Source of the DNA: an uncultured Armatimonadetes bacterium
Lineage (GTDB): Bacteria > Armatimonadota > UBA5829 > DTJY01
DNA length: 64,000 nucleotides
Reading direction: 5' to 3'
Assembly: GCA_963717145.1 (NCBI GenBank)
Contig: OY970325.1
Span: 3,072,001-3,136,000, forward strand
Numbering within the stretch: the stretch's first letter is position 1; the number at the start of each line of letters is the position of its first letter. Both the position numbers and the translations under genes were made by a program. The notes beneath the pieces were generated by a model. The model saw nothing but the letters and a program-made list of their open reading frames with translations, did not search any database and was not told the DNA's origin. Below are positions 1 through 9,130 of the stretch, piece by piece.

Positions 1-114
1 GCGACGGCATACGATCCGATGACCGAGGCGCCCTCGCCGGTCACCGAGGAGCAGCTCAAGGAGTTGCACATCAAGCTCCGCGAGGGAGCGGCATCGGATA
101 TTCGGACAGTCTGA
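1..114 (+). CDS. aspS: Aspartyl-tRNA synthetase, C-terminal end (partial, begins before window)
   Basis: Frame 1 reads ATAYDPMTEAPSPVTEEQLKELHIKLR...*, matching the AspRS C-terminal D-x-MT-x-APS-x-V-xxx-QL-x-EL-x-I motif; rarA and mnmA follow downstream. Confidence 0.8.
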   Translation, partial: ATAYDPMTEAPSPVTEEQLKELHIKLREGAASDIRTV

Positions 115-116
115 GC

Positions 117-184
117 GGAATGGTTGATGGTTCATGGGGCGATCCGCCGTTAGCCATCAACCATCTCCCCATTGACCATTCCCC
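117..184. repeat. ATGGTTG-heptamer hairpin element, copy 1
   Basis: GGAATGGTTGATGGTTCATGG...CCATCAACCAT...CCATTCC; same arms recur at 12270, 14632, 22901 and 34692. Confidence 0.85.
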
Positions 185-275
185 TGAATGTACCCCTTGA
201 TTTTCGTGGCATCCCCTGCTAATGTGGTATCGAGCCGGTTGGCAGACGGCGATCATCCCAGCAGAGGTGACATGA

Positions 276-1880
276 ATGAAATACACTACGACGGCATCCC
301 TCGGTATTCTCATGCTGCTTGTCGCGAGCTTAGGCCTGGCGCAAGACGCCGACCCGCGCCTGGATCAGAAGATCGGCACAAAGGCGCTCGGACAACCGCT
401 GGGCAGCTTCGTGACGGCGCTCGGCATCCAGACCGGAGTCACTGTGAAGGCCGACAAAGGCGTGGCAGACCACAAGATCACTGTCCTGACCAAGGACCTC
501 CCACTCTCCCAGCTACTCTCGGGAATCGCCGACGCCCTGCATATCCAACTCAGAAGCGCGAAGAGCGACAACGGCACACTGGTCTACGAGTTCTACGAGG
601 AAGCAGCTTCCAAGAAGAAGGCTGATCAGCTCTATAGAGATTCCAAAACCGGGCTTCAGAGGCAGACGGACCATGCCGCCGATGTGCTGAGGCTCAACCT
701 GCCGGCCGATGAGCTTCAGAAGAAGATCGAAGCCGACCCCCTGGCTTCGCCCTACCTCGGCGACGCGAGTTTCCGGACCGGGATCGAGGTGTACAGCAAG
801 CTTTCCGACAAAGACCGCGCGAGGTTGTGGAATGTGGGCTCGCTGCCGGTCTCGCTGGACAAGGTGCCCGAGGACACCCGCAAGAAGATCGTCGAGATGT
901 ATGACCAGAACCGCAAGCAGCGCGAGGAGGCGGACAAGGTCAAGCTTACGGACACAGTGGCGTCCCTGGCCTTCGAGATGCAGGACGATCCGCTGGCTGG
1001 AAGATCGCTCTCGTTCAACATAGTCGGCAGTGGGACACACGGCATGACCTACATGTATATGCAGGTCGAGGAATCCGGCCCTGATCTGCTTGGCAACGAC
1101 GAGTTCTTCACCGTCAAGGAGAACAAGGATACGGGGGAGTATGAGACTGAGACCAAACAGATCCCCGAGAAGCTGAACGTCGATGCCAACATCGAACTGC
1201 CGGACGTCACTATGCTCCAGGCGATGCAGCGACTCCACGACGCAACCGGGGTGAACATCATCGCCGACCACTATACTCCTCGCTATTCCGCTCAGGCCTA
1301 TATAGACAAGTGGGCGATCACCCGAGGCGAGACCATAGCGCATGAGGTCGAGAAGATCACAGAGGTATACGGGTGCAAGTGGAAGCTCGCGGGCGACGCA
1401 TGCGTCATTTGGAGCAAGTCCTGGTACGAGGATCGCAACGTCGAGATACCGATGTCGACCATTCAGCGATGGCAGTCGGCGTACCAGAAACTCCTGCAAT
1501 TCGGATTGCCTGAGCTTGTCGAGATGGCTCTTCTGAGTGACAAGCAGCAGAGAACGTTCCGCTACTATGGCCTGTCAGTCCCCGACTCGTTGTACCCGTC
1601 AATGCGCGCGCTCAGGTTCTATTCGTCCCTCGCTCCATCCGAGCTGGAGCAGGCGGCCTCCGAGCAGGGACTCTCGGCGGACAAGCTGGCGGAGGATCAG
1701 AAGCAGGCCTTGATCCACTGGCTGACATCGCCCGTGGGCCCGGAACGGAAGCCGTCGCAGTTCTCAGACGAATCAGCGCCGGGAGCGAACATCCGGATCT
1801 TTGAGAGGGACGCGGAGTGGGTTTTCCGCGTGCAGACATCAAAGGGACCAGTGCGAGAGGATATCTTGAAGCTCAAGTAA
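276..1880 (+). CDS. Secreted protein with N-terminal STN-like (secretin/TonB N-terminal) domain; paralog of 19443..21239
   Basis: Signal peptide followed by DPRLDQKI...GQPLG...QTGV; several motif blocks shared with 19443..21239. Confidence 0.65.
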   Translation: MKYTTTASLGILMLLVASLGLAQDADPRLDQKIGTKALGQPLGSFVTALGIQTGVTVKADKGVADHKITVLTKDLPLSQLLSGIADALHIQLRSAKSDNGTLVYEFYEEAASKKKADQLYRDSKTGLQRQTDHAADVLRLNLPADELQKKIEADPLASPYLGDASFRTGIEVYSKLSDKDRARLWNVGSLPVSLDKVPEDTRKKIVEMYDQNRKQREEADKVKLTDTVASLAFEMQDDPLAGRSLSFNIVGSGTHGMTYMYMQVEESGPDLLGNDEFFTVKENKDTGEYETETKQIPEKLNVDANIELPDVTMLQAMQRLHDATGVNIIADHYTPRYSAQAYIDKWAITRGETIAHEVEKITEVYGCKWKLAGDACVIWSKSWYEDRNVEIPMSTIQRWQSAYQKLLQFGLPELVEMALLSDKQQRTFRYYGLSVPDSLYPSMRALRFYSSLAPSELEQAASEQGLSADKLAEDQKQALIHWLTSPVGPERKPSQFSDESAPGANIRIFERDAEWVFRVQTSKGPVREDILKLK

Positions 1881-1905
1881 GCGGTCACACCTGGAGCGCT
1901 ATGGA

Positions 1906-1933
1906 GTTTTGCGCACCGCATATGAGGGCATAA
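1906..1933 (+). promoter_or_regulatory. Candidate SigB-type promoter
   Basis: GTTTTG-N14-GGGCAT(AA), resembling GTTTAA-N12-14-GGGWAT. Confidence 0.4.
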
Positions 1934-1978
1934 AGATATTGACGCAGGGCTCCACGCATCCTGCGGAGGAGACCCTGA

Positions 1979-2446
1979 ATGAGCATCGGCAGCTACATCG
2001 TAGTATTGATCGTATTGGGAATCGTCTCCGGACACCTGACGCATATCATGGTTTCCGGAGTCATCTTTCGTGGATTGCGTCATAAGATCAAGAAACTGGG
2101 AGAGACAAGAGGCGGCAAGTGGGAGTTCTTCAGCGAAGGGTTCCGCTGCCAGTTGTGCTCGGGAATCTGGTACTCCTCAATCATCGCGCTGTGGTTGACG
2201 ATCGCGATATACGTCCTCAAGCCTTCCTTGTGGGCAACCATTGCTGAGCACCCGCTGGGCCGGTTGGTGCCGTTTGCGTGGATCAGCCTATTCATCATGC
2301 AGGCATTCTTCATAGCGGCCGTGGGGCACTTGTTCCGCGAAATCGTCGGCCTGGTGGAGGATCAGCGGACTCACCAGGAAGGCGAGACCAACATGCTGGA
2401 GCAGACGATGCGCCGCATGAGTTCAGACGAGCCTGCGGACAAGTAA
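1979..2446 (+). CDS. Membrane protein, DUF1360-like
   Basis: Three hydrophobic segments and a C-x-x-C-x-x-x-W motif (CQLCSGIW); GGAGGAG RBS. Confidence 0.6.
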   Translation: MSIGSYIVVLIVLGIVSGHLTHIMVSGVIFRGLRHKIKKLGETRGGKWEFFSEGFRCQLCSGIWYSSIIALWLTIAIYVLKPSLWATIAEHPLGRLVPFAWISLFIMQAFFIAAVGHLFREIVGLVEDQRTHQEGETNMLEQTMRRMSSDEPADK

Positions 2447-2595
2447 TGGCGTGCTGAGCAGCATCCCCGCCTACCCGTCGATCTCTTCTCCTCGGGGCGC
2501 ATCTTCATCGGCGACGATCTCACACTATCCCAACACCACGCACAGCAGGAAAAGGACGCAACGGCGCCGCAACCTACATACGGAGGTCGTGACCT

Positions 2596-3459
2596 ATGGT
2601 ACAACTCGACGAGAACCAGAACTGCAACCTGTGCGGAAGCCCTGATCGAGATATTATTATTGACGGACAATTCGGCAAGGTCGCAAAATGCGGTCAGTGC
2701 GGGCTGATGTTCCGGACAACGAGCATCCGCGACACAGCCGAGCAATCGGGAGGCCGTGCGCGCTTCGCCGTGCAGTACGAGGCTAAGCAGAGGAATCAGC
2801 TTGCCGACTACGAGACGTGCTTCTCCGTCATCGATAAGTACCCACTCCCTCCGGATCCACATATGCTCGAGATCGGATCGCACACAGGGCACTTTCTGAA
2901 CCTGGCTCGAAAGAGAGGGTGGAGAGTCAAGGGTGTTGAGCCCAATGCTGAGCTTTCCCATCGAGCGATGGAGCAGTTCGATCTCGACGTTGCCATAAGC
3001 TTCCTGCGAGATGCCCAGTTGCCGGAAAACGAATTCGACGCCGTGGTGCTGTTCCACGTGATCGAGCACTTCTTCGACCCCCTGGCGGAACTGCGCGAGA
3101 TGCACCGCGTTATGCGGCCGGGAGGTATACTGGTGGCCGAGACTCCGCGTTACGACACGATTTTCTTCAAGCTGTTGAAGGAACGCGAGCGAAGCGTCAT
3201 CCCGAACCATTACTTCTACTTCACGCGACGCTCGCTCACAGATATGGTGACCAAAGCGGGCTTCACCGTGCTGAGGCTCGATAGCGTCGGACGTACGCTC
3301 TCACTAGATCGCCTGCACTTCAATGTTAGCAAGATGCTCGGCTCCAAGTCAGCAAACCGCCTGTTCCTGCGACTCTCGGACAGCCTGCATTTCGACCGCA
3401 TCAAGATACACTTGAACATGCACGACATGATGCGGATATATGCTCGCAAGAACGAGTAG
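2596..3459 (+). CDS. Class I SAM-dependent methyltransferase with N-terminal Cys pairs
   Basis: CNLCGS/CGQCG, LEIGSHTG, GVEPN, FDAVVLFHVIEH, MRPGG. Confidence 0.85.
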   Translation: MVQLDENQNCNLCGSPDRDIIIDGQFGKVAKCGQCGLMFRTTSIRDTAEQSGGRARFAVQYEAKQRNQLADYETCFSVIDKYPLPPDPHMLEIGSHTGHFLNLARKRGWRVKGVEPNAELSHRAMEQFDLDVAISFLRDAQLPENEFDAVVLFHVIEHFFDPLAELREMHRVMRPGGILVAETPRYDTIFFKLLKERERSVIPNHYFYFTRRSLTDMVTKAGFTVLRLDSVGRTLSLDRLHFNVSKMLGSKSANRLFLRLSDSLHFDRIKIHLNMHDMMRIYARKNE

Positions 3460-3536
3460 AGGGGAGAAGCGGCCCCAACCACCTGGTTTCGAGCACAGAT
3501 AGCCACATACCCCAGTTAGCTGGTATATTTGCGAGG

Positions 3537-3565
3537 TTGTAAGAACGCCGTTCTTGTGGTATGAT
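3537..3565 (+). promoter_or_regulatory. Sigma70 promoter of the 6S RNA
   Basis: TTGTAA-17 bp-TATGAT with extended -10 TG. Confidence 0.65.
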
Positions 3566-3589
3566 AGGGGCGTGCAGAGTTTGAGCAAA

Positions 3590-3772
3590 CGACCCTGCTG
3601 TGTTCGTGATAGCTGAGGGGGTTTTGAGCCGACACTCAAAACATAAGGAGCCGGATTCGTCCGTGGAGTGGTAGCCCTGTAGTACTGGGGATTCGCGAAA
3701 GCGTACGTGAAGGCATCCGCCCGTTTTTCTACGGGTTCAAAAACTTGTTAGGCACACGGCATGGCGGGGTTT
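3590..3772 (+). ncRNA. ssrS: 6S RNA
   Basis: About 180-nt rod: 5' CCCTGCTGTGTTCG pairs with 3' CGGCATGGCGGGG; TTGAGCC/GGGTTCAA inner stem; AGGAG...GGCATCC bubble flanks; directly upstream of rarA and downstream of aspS as in Bacillus. Confidence 0.8.
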
Positions 3773-3799
3773 TTTGCGCCCCCTACTTAAGGACCACTC

Positions 3800-5197
3800 A
3801 TGCGACGCTCCAGCGATGATCAGCCCGTCGACCTCTTCGACCATGCCGTCGAACTGGCAGCGGGCACGGAAATGCCTCTCGCGGCACGCATGCGCCCGCG
3901 GAACCTCGACGAATTCATCGGCCAGGAGCACATAGTCGGACCGGGCAAGCTGCTCCGCCGAGCGATCGAGACCGACGAGCTGCGATCGGCCATCTTCTGG
4001 GGACCGCCCGGCTGCGGAAAGAGCAGCCTCGCATCCATCATCGCACAGACAACCAAGAGCCAGTTCGAAAGCTTCAGCGCCGTCACGTCAGGCGTCGCAG
4101 ATATCCGCAAGATCATCGAAAAGGCCAGGGAGCGCAGGAAGCTCTACGGCCGCAGAACAATCCTCTTCGTGGACGAAATTCACCGCTTCAACAAGGCCCA
4201 GCAGGACGCCTTTCTGCCCCACGTCGAGGACGGCACCATCGTCCTCATCGGGGCGACCACCGAGAACCCCTACTTCGAGGTCAACTCGCCGCTGATCTCC
4301 CGTTCCCGCATCTTCAAGTTCGAGCAGCTTGGAGACGAACAGATCGAGCGTATTATCCGCCGCGCGATCGAGGACAAGGAGCGCGGGCTCGGCGGCTTCA
4401 ACGTCGAGATGACGGACGAGGCCATGGAGTTCATCGTCGGGATTGCGAACGGTGATGCGCGCGGGGTGCTGAATGCGCTCGAACTCGCGGCGCTGACCGT
4501 CCCTCCCGACGAGAACGGCAGGCGGCTCGTGACGATGGAGATCGCCGAGGAAGCGGTTCAGCAGAGGGCGCTGAGTTACGATAAGGACGGCGACAATCAT
4601 TACGACATCATCTCGGCATTCATCAAGTCCATGAGGGGATCCGACCCCGATGCGGCGCTTTACTGGCTCGCCCGGATGATCTCTGCGGGCGAGGACCCGA
4701 GATTCATCGCGCGGAGGATCGTCATCCAGGCGGCGGAGGACATCGGGAACGCGGACCCGATGGCGCTGGTGGTGGCGACGGCGGCGGCACATGCGGTCGA
4801 ATACGTGGGGATGCCGGAAGCGCGGATACCGCTCGCCCAGGCGACGGTCTACCTGGCGTGTGCGCCCAAGAGCAATGCCTCCTATGTCGGTCTCAATCGG
4901 GCGCTGAAAGACGTCGCCGAGAGGCGCATTCAGCCGGTGCCGCTCCATCTCAGGGATACCAACTATCGGGGAGCGCGCCAGATGGGCCACGGCAAGGGGT
5001 ACAAATACCCGCATGATTTCCCAGGCGGCTATGTCGAACAACAGTACATGCCGGATGGCGTTCAGTCTCAGCCGTACTATGAGCCGACCACCAACGGGCG
5101 CGAGGCGAAGATCAAAGAACGGCTCGACCGGCTGCGGAGACACGGAGACGCGGAGACTGGGGGACGCGGGGACGCGGGGACGGAAGCATCCGAGTAG
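3800..5197 (+). CDS. rarA: Replication-associated recombination protein A (AAA+ ATPase)
   Basis: PLAARMRP, GPPGCGKS, DEIHRFNKAQQD, GATTENP, SAFIKSMRGSDPDA, YKYPHD. Confidence 0.97.
   Translation: MRRSSDDQPVDLFDHAVELAAGTEMPLAARMRPRNLDEFIGQEHIVGPGKLLRRAIETDELRSAIFWGPPGCGKSSLASIIAQTTKSQFESFSAVTSGVADIRKIIEKARERRKLYGRRTILFVDEIHRFNKAQQDAFLPHVEDGTIVLIGATTENPYFEVNSPLISRSRIFKFEQLGDEQIERIIRRAIEDKERGLGGFNVEMTDEAMEFIVGIANGDARGVLNALELAALTVPPDENGRRLVTMEIAEEAVQQRALSYDKDGDNHYDIISAFIKSMRGSDPDAALYWLARMISAGEDPRFIARRIVIQAAEDIGNADPMALVVATAAAHAVEYVGMPEARIPLAQATVYLACAPKSNASYVGLNRALKDVAERRIQPVPLHLRDTNYRGARQMGHGKGYKYPHDFPGGYVEQQYMPDGVQSQPYYEPTTNGREAKIKERLDRLRRHGDAETGGRGDAGTEASE
5136..5183 (+). repeat. GG(A/G)GAC(A/G)C octamer tandem repeat forming the RarA C-terminal tail
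   Basis: ggagacac ggagacgc ggagactg ggggacgc ggggacgc ggggacgg; encodes RHGDAETGGRGDAGT. Confidence 0.75.
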
Positions 5198-5403
5198 TGG
5201 CCGCGCCTCGGTGCCGGCCTACCTGTAGGGGCGAAGCATTGGCCCATCGGACTGCACCGACCTGCCGTACAGATCGCCAATGCTTCGCCCGGACTTGAGT
5301 GGGAGTAGGGGCGAAGCATTGGCCCGTCGGACTGCGCCGCGTTTCGGCAGACATCGCCAATGCTTCGCCCGGCTTTGAGTAGGAGTATGAGTAGGAGTAT
5401 GAG
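5194..5403. repeat. Cluster of GTAG-type REP elements and GAGTAG/GAGTAT hexamers
   Basis: GTAGTGGCCGCGCCTCGGTGCCGGCC at 5194; two direct copies of GTAGGGGCGAAGCATTGGC...GCCAATGCTTCGCCC (5225, 5305); hexamers 5377-5403. Confidence 0.85.
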
Positions 5404-6520
5404 CGGGCAGAAGGTCCTGGTGGCGATGAGCGGCGGAGTCGATAGCTCCGTCGCGGCGGCGATGCTCGTCCAGGAGGGATACGACGTCATCGGCGCGACG
5501 ATGCAGGTCTGGCCGACCGAGAGCGGTCCCGAGGGGGAGTTCGCTCGCGCGTGCTGCTCACTCAGCGCCGTGGAGGACGCCCGCAGAGTCGCCGCACGGA
5601 TCGGCATCCCGCACTACGTTCTAAACTTCAAGGATATCTTCCAGGAAGCGGTCATCGACAACTTCATCGAGGAGTATCGGCGCGGACGAACCCCGAATCC
5701 CTGCGTCAGATGCAACCGGTTCGTGAAGTTCGAGTCGCTGCTCGGGAAGGCTCGGTCGCTCGGCGCGGACCACGTCGCCACCGGACACTACTCGAGGATC
5801 GTGTTCGATGAACAGCGCGGACGATGGATGCTCAAGCGCGGAATCGACCGCTCGAAGGACCAGTCGTATGCGCTGTACAGCATGACCCAGGAGCAACTCG
5901 CGCACACCCTGATGCCGCTCGGCGGGATGGCGAAGGACGAGACCCGCCGCCTGGCCGCCGAACTCGGGCTGGCGGTTGCGAGCAAGCCGGACAGCCAGGA
6001 GATCTGTTTCGTCGAGGGGCGCGACTACCCGGGTTTCTTGCGCAGGACCGTGCCTGAGATCGCGACTCCCGGGCCGATTCTCGACACCTCGGGCGCGGTC
6101 GTCGGCGAGCACAAGGGGATCGCTTTCTACACGGTCGGGCAGCGCCGCCGACTGGGGATCGCCGCCGGGGAGCCGCTATACGTGGTGGAGATAGACCCGG
6201 CGAGAAACGCAGTGATCGTTGGCAGGGACAGCGATCTCTATGCGAGTGAACTCGTCGCGACGGATCTGAATTTCGTCCCTTTCGAAAAACCAGCAGGGAC
6301 AATTGCGGTCACGGCGAAGATCAGGTATAATATGAACGATTCGCAGGCTCTGCTCTCTCTCCGGGGAGAGGACCAGGCGCTGGTCAGGTTCGATTCGCCG
6401 CAGAGGGCGATCACTCCGGGGCAGGCCGTGGTATGTTATGATGGCGAGGACGTTGTCGGAGGCGGAACGATCGACGCCGTCCATCCTTCGATACACGCCC
6501 AGAGGCGCACTCAGGACTAG
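5399..6520 (+). CDS. mnmA: tRNA-specific 2-thiouridylase
   Basis: AMSGGVDSS, TPNPCVRCN, ATGHY, KDQSY, DSQEICF, YTVGQR, AITPGQ. Confidence 0.97.
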   Translation: MSGQKVLVAMSGGVDSSVAAAMLVQEGYDVIGATMQVWPTESGPEGEFARACCSLSAVEDARRVAARIGIPHYVLNFKDIFQEAVIDNFIEEYRRGRTPNPCVRCNRFVKFESLLGKARSLGADHVATGHYSRIVFDEQRGRWMLKRGIDRSKDQSYALYSMTQEQLAHTLMPLGGMAKDETRRLAAELGLAVASKPDSQEICFVEGRDYPGFLRRTVPEIATPGPILDTSGAVVGEHKGIAFYTVGQRRRLGIAAGEPLYVVEIDPARNAVIVGRDSDLYASELVATDLNFVPFEKPAGTIAVTAKIRYNMNDSQALLSLRGEDQALVRFDSPQRAITPGQAVVCYDGEDVVGGGTIDAVHPSIHAQRRTQD

Positions 6521-6590
6521 CGGAGCCCGTTTGCCCTGAGTGTTCGCTCCGGCGAATGTATCGAAGGGCAATCGAGATCGGGGGGCGATT

Positions 6591-7025
6591 GTGCAGGTAC
6601 TTCAGGCGATTCTTCTTATAGTAGCGACCATCGCAATCGCGGCGATCGCCTGGGCGGCCGTGAATCTGGCGCAGGGAATCCTGCGGGAGATCCGCAAGAT
6701 CGGTCAGGCGACCGAGGATATCTCGTGCGTGCTGAGAGCCGCCGAGGAGGAGTTGAGGCCGGCGATCCGGGATACGCGGACCGCCATCAACGACGTGGAC
6801 CGCCTGATCGTGTGCGCCACCGAGACCGTACACCGAGTGGATCGGCTCACTGGAGGAGTCGAGGGCCTGCTCGAGGGATCGGTTGCAGGACTTACCGCAA
6901 GCAAGACAGTAAGGTCGGCATCCGCTACCCTCCTTAGTGTTTATGAGGGAGTCAGGCAGGGAATAAGAGTCCTGCGCGGATCGCCCGATGAAATCCACCA
7001 CCAGGGAGGTGCTACTGATGAGTAA
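6591..7025 (+). CDS. DUF948-like membrane-anchored general stress protein
   Basis: N-terminal TM helix then amphipathic helices; precedes a YtxH-domain gene (ytxG-ytxH arrangement). Confidence 0.65.
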   Translation: MQVLQAILLIVATIAIAAIAWAAVNLAQGILREIRKIGQATEDISCVLRAAEEELRPAIRDTRTAINDVDRLIVCATETVHRVDRLTGGVEGLLEGSVAGLTASKTVRSASATLLSVYEGVRQGIRVLRGSPDEIHHQGGATDE

Positions 7026-7353
7026 CGATGACGAAAGAAACGTATTGATGAACGTGCTCGCGGGGATCGGCCTTGGCGCTGCAATCGGAGCCGCCTTTGG
7101 TCTCCTCATGGCCCCGAAAGCAGGTCTGGAGACACGTCAGGACATCAAGAGAACCGCAGAGGATCTGAAGGTAAAGGCGGAAGAGCTTGCCGGACAGGTC
7201 ACCGAGACGGTAGATGACCTGATGCAGAAGAGCAGGGACCTCGTAGACACGGCCAAGACCCGGGTGCAGCAGGCCGTTGATGCCGGCAAGCAGACGGTGT
7301 CGGAGAAGCGACAGGAACTCGAGCAGCAGATCGAGGGAACTACCGAGGCCTAG
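7018..7353 (+). CDS. YtxH domain protein
   Basis: GIGLGAAIGAAFGLLMAPKAGLETRQDI motif. Confidence 0.9.
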   Translation: MSNDDERNVLMNVLAGIGLGAAIGAAFGLLMAPKAGLETRQDIKRTAEDLKVKAEELAGQVTETVDDLMQKSRDLVDTAKTRVQQAVDAGKQTVSEKRQELEQQIEGTTEA

Positions 7354-7424
7354 CAGTTTTGTGTGCATGGGTACGTGCCGACAGGCGCGTGCCCGTTTTC
7401 AACTTCCTGGAAAGGTGGAGTGGA

Positions 7425-7784
7425 ATGAACCTCAAGATGAATACTCGCGCATTCGACGATCACACCTCCGTTATCGAGCTTGAGGGGGAGGTCGATGTCT
7501 ATACCGCGCCCCAGTTGAAGCAGCAGATCATCAGCCTGCTCGACAACAACACCACGAAGGTCATAGTCGACCTTACGAGTGTGGACTACCTGGATAGTAC
7601 AGCGCTCGGCGTGCTCATCGGCGGCCTGAAGCGGCTACGGGAGCGCGACGGCTCACTCGATCTGGTCTGCCCGAATCCCAGAATCAGGAGAATCTTCGAG
7701 ATAACAGGGCTCGATAAGATATTCGACATTCACCAGACTCAGGATGAAGTAGTGAGCGCTGGGAAAAGCAAGGGGGGTTCGTAA
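7425..7784 (+). CDS. rsbV: Anti-sigma factor antagonist (STAS domain)
   Basis: GEVDVYTAPQLK, VDYLDSTALGVL with phosphorylatable Ser, FEITGL. Confidence 0.9.
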   Translation: MNLKMNTRAFDDHTSVIELEGEVDVYTAPQLKQQIISLLDNNTTKVIVDLTSVDYLDSTALGVLIGGLKRLRERDGSLDLVCPNPRIRRIFEITGLDKIFDIHQTQDEVVSAGKSKGGS

Positions 7785-8228
7785 GTGGCATCTCAGAATC
7801 AGGCTGCGGTGGTCGAGCTGAAGATCCCATGCAAGCCCGAGTTCGTTGGAGTAGCCAGGCTGGCGATTCTGGGAGTTGCAGGCAGAATGCCATTCTCGTA
7901 CGACGAAGTTGAGGACATCCGCCTCGCGGTAGGCGAGGCGTGTACAACCGCTGTCGAACGGGCCACGAGGACCAATCAGACCGGCGCCTCTTTGGTAATC
8001 CGAAGCGAGATCCTCGACTCCAAGCTGACGATCGACATAACCGACGACGTAGCGCAATCGCCTGCGCCCCCGCCCGCGTCATCCGAGTCGGCGGAGGAGT
8101 TCGACGAGGAGAATATCGGCGCACTCCTGATGGAACTGCTGGTGGATGAGATCAAGATAGAAGCGACCGCCGGGCACGGCACCCGGGTACAGATGATCAA
8201 GTACGCAGGACAAGAGAATCATGGCTAA
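7785..8228 (+). CDS. rsbW: Anti-sigma factor / serine kinase
   Basis: PCKPEFVGVARL, EDIRLAVGEACT, LMELLVDE, GTRVQMIKY; GTG start. Confidence 0.85.
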   Translation: MASQNQAAVVELKIPCKPEFVGVARLAILGVAGRMPFSYDEVEDIRLAVGEACTTAVERATRTNQTGASLVIRSEILDSKLTIDITDDVAQSPAPPPASSESAEEFDEENIGALLMELLVDEIKIEATAGHGTRVQMIKYAGQENHG

Positions 8229-8991
8229 TCGGAAAAAGGGCTTGGCGGGCTGGGCCGAAGATGACGCCGAGACCCTTTTCGCGCACTATTCGGAAACAAA
8301 AGACCTGAAAGTCCGAGATCGCCTTGTGTTGATGCATCAGAACCTGGTGCGGTTCCTTGCGGGCAAGTTCATGAACCGCGGCGAGCCCATTGAGGACCTG
8401 GTTCAGGTAGGCACAATCGGTCTCATAAACGCGATAGACCGCTTTGACCCGGAAAGAGGGACGAAGTTCTCGACATATGCCACACCGACAATCGTCGGTG
8501 AGATCAGGCGGCATTTCAGGGACAAGGCCTGGAGCCTCAAGGTCCCACGTCGCCTTCAGGAGTTGAATCTGGCCGCGAACAAGGCGGCGGAGAATCTCTC
8601 CCAGAAGCTCGGACGCGTGCCAACCATCCAGGAGATCTCACAGGCCGTCGGGGCGAGCGAGGAAGAGACGCTGGAGGCGATCGAACTTGGGAACGCCTAT
8701 GACACCGTCTCGCTGGACAGCAAGCTGGCATACGAGAGCGAATCCGCGCCGCTCAGTCTCGCCGAATTCGTCGGAGACACAGACGGCTCGCTCGATAACC
8801 TGGAGAGATACGGCGACCTGAACCAGGCGATGGATTGCCTGGATGCCCGCGAGCGGTCCATCATCTACCTCAGATTCTTTCGAGACATGTCGCAGACCGA
8901 GGTCGCAAAGAAGCTCAGCATATCGCAGATGCACGTGTCGAGGCTTCAGCAGAAGGCCCTGCGCCGGCTGAAGGAACTACTCTCGGATTAG
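8221..8991 (+). CDS. sigB: RNA polymerase sigma factor, SigB/SigF/SigG family
   Basis: EDLVQVGTIGLINAIDRFDPERG, FSTYATPTIVGEIRRHFRD, ISQMHVSRL; third gene of an rsbV-rsbW-sigma operon. Confidence 0.9.
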   Translation: MANRKKGLAGWAEDDAETLFAHYSETKDLKVRDRLVLMHQNLVRFLAGKFMNRGEPIEDLVQVGTIGLINAIDRFDPERGTKFSTYATPTIVGEIRRHFRDKAWSLKVPRRLQELNLAANKAAENLSQKLGRVPTIQEISQAVGASEEETLEAIELGNAYDTVSLDSKLAYESESAPLSLAEFVGDTDGSLDNLERYGDLNQAMDCLDARERSIIYLRFFRDMSQTEVAKKLSISQMHVSRLQQKALRRLKELLSD

Positions 8992-9000
8992 CTATCGAAG

Positions 9001-9100
9001 TCCGTAGGGGCGATCCTTCTACGGTCGCCCGGTTCGTAGCGGTAATCGTTTGACAGCAGCCATGCCAACCGGGCGACCGTAGAAGGATCGCCCCTACGGA
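9001..9100. repeat. GTAG REP doublet (REPIN-like)
   Basis: Perfect 34-bp inverted repeat TCCGTAGGGGCGATCCTTCTACGGTCGCCCGGTT (9001-9034 / 9067-9100). Confidence 0.9.
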
Positions 9101-9130
9101 CCTCGATTCGGCAATCCATAAAGGTACCCC

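Noticed and set aside
5194-5372. Mini-CRISPR or tRNA-like structure
   Set aside because: Only two direct units with similar interiors and GTAG-REP hallmarks; no cloverleaf or T-loop motif.
8221-8991. Sporulation sigma F (spoIIA operon)
   Set aside because: Same gene order, but ytxG/ytxH-like neighbours and SigB-like motifs favour a general stress sigma; no sporulation genes are nearby.
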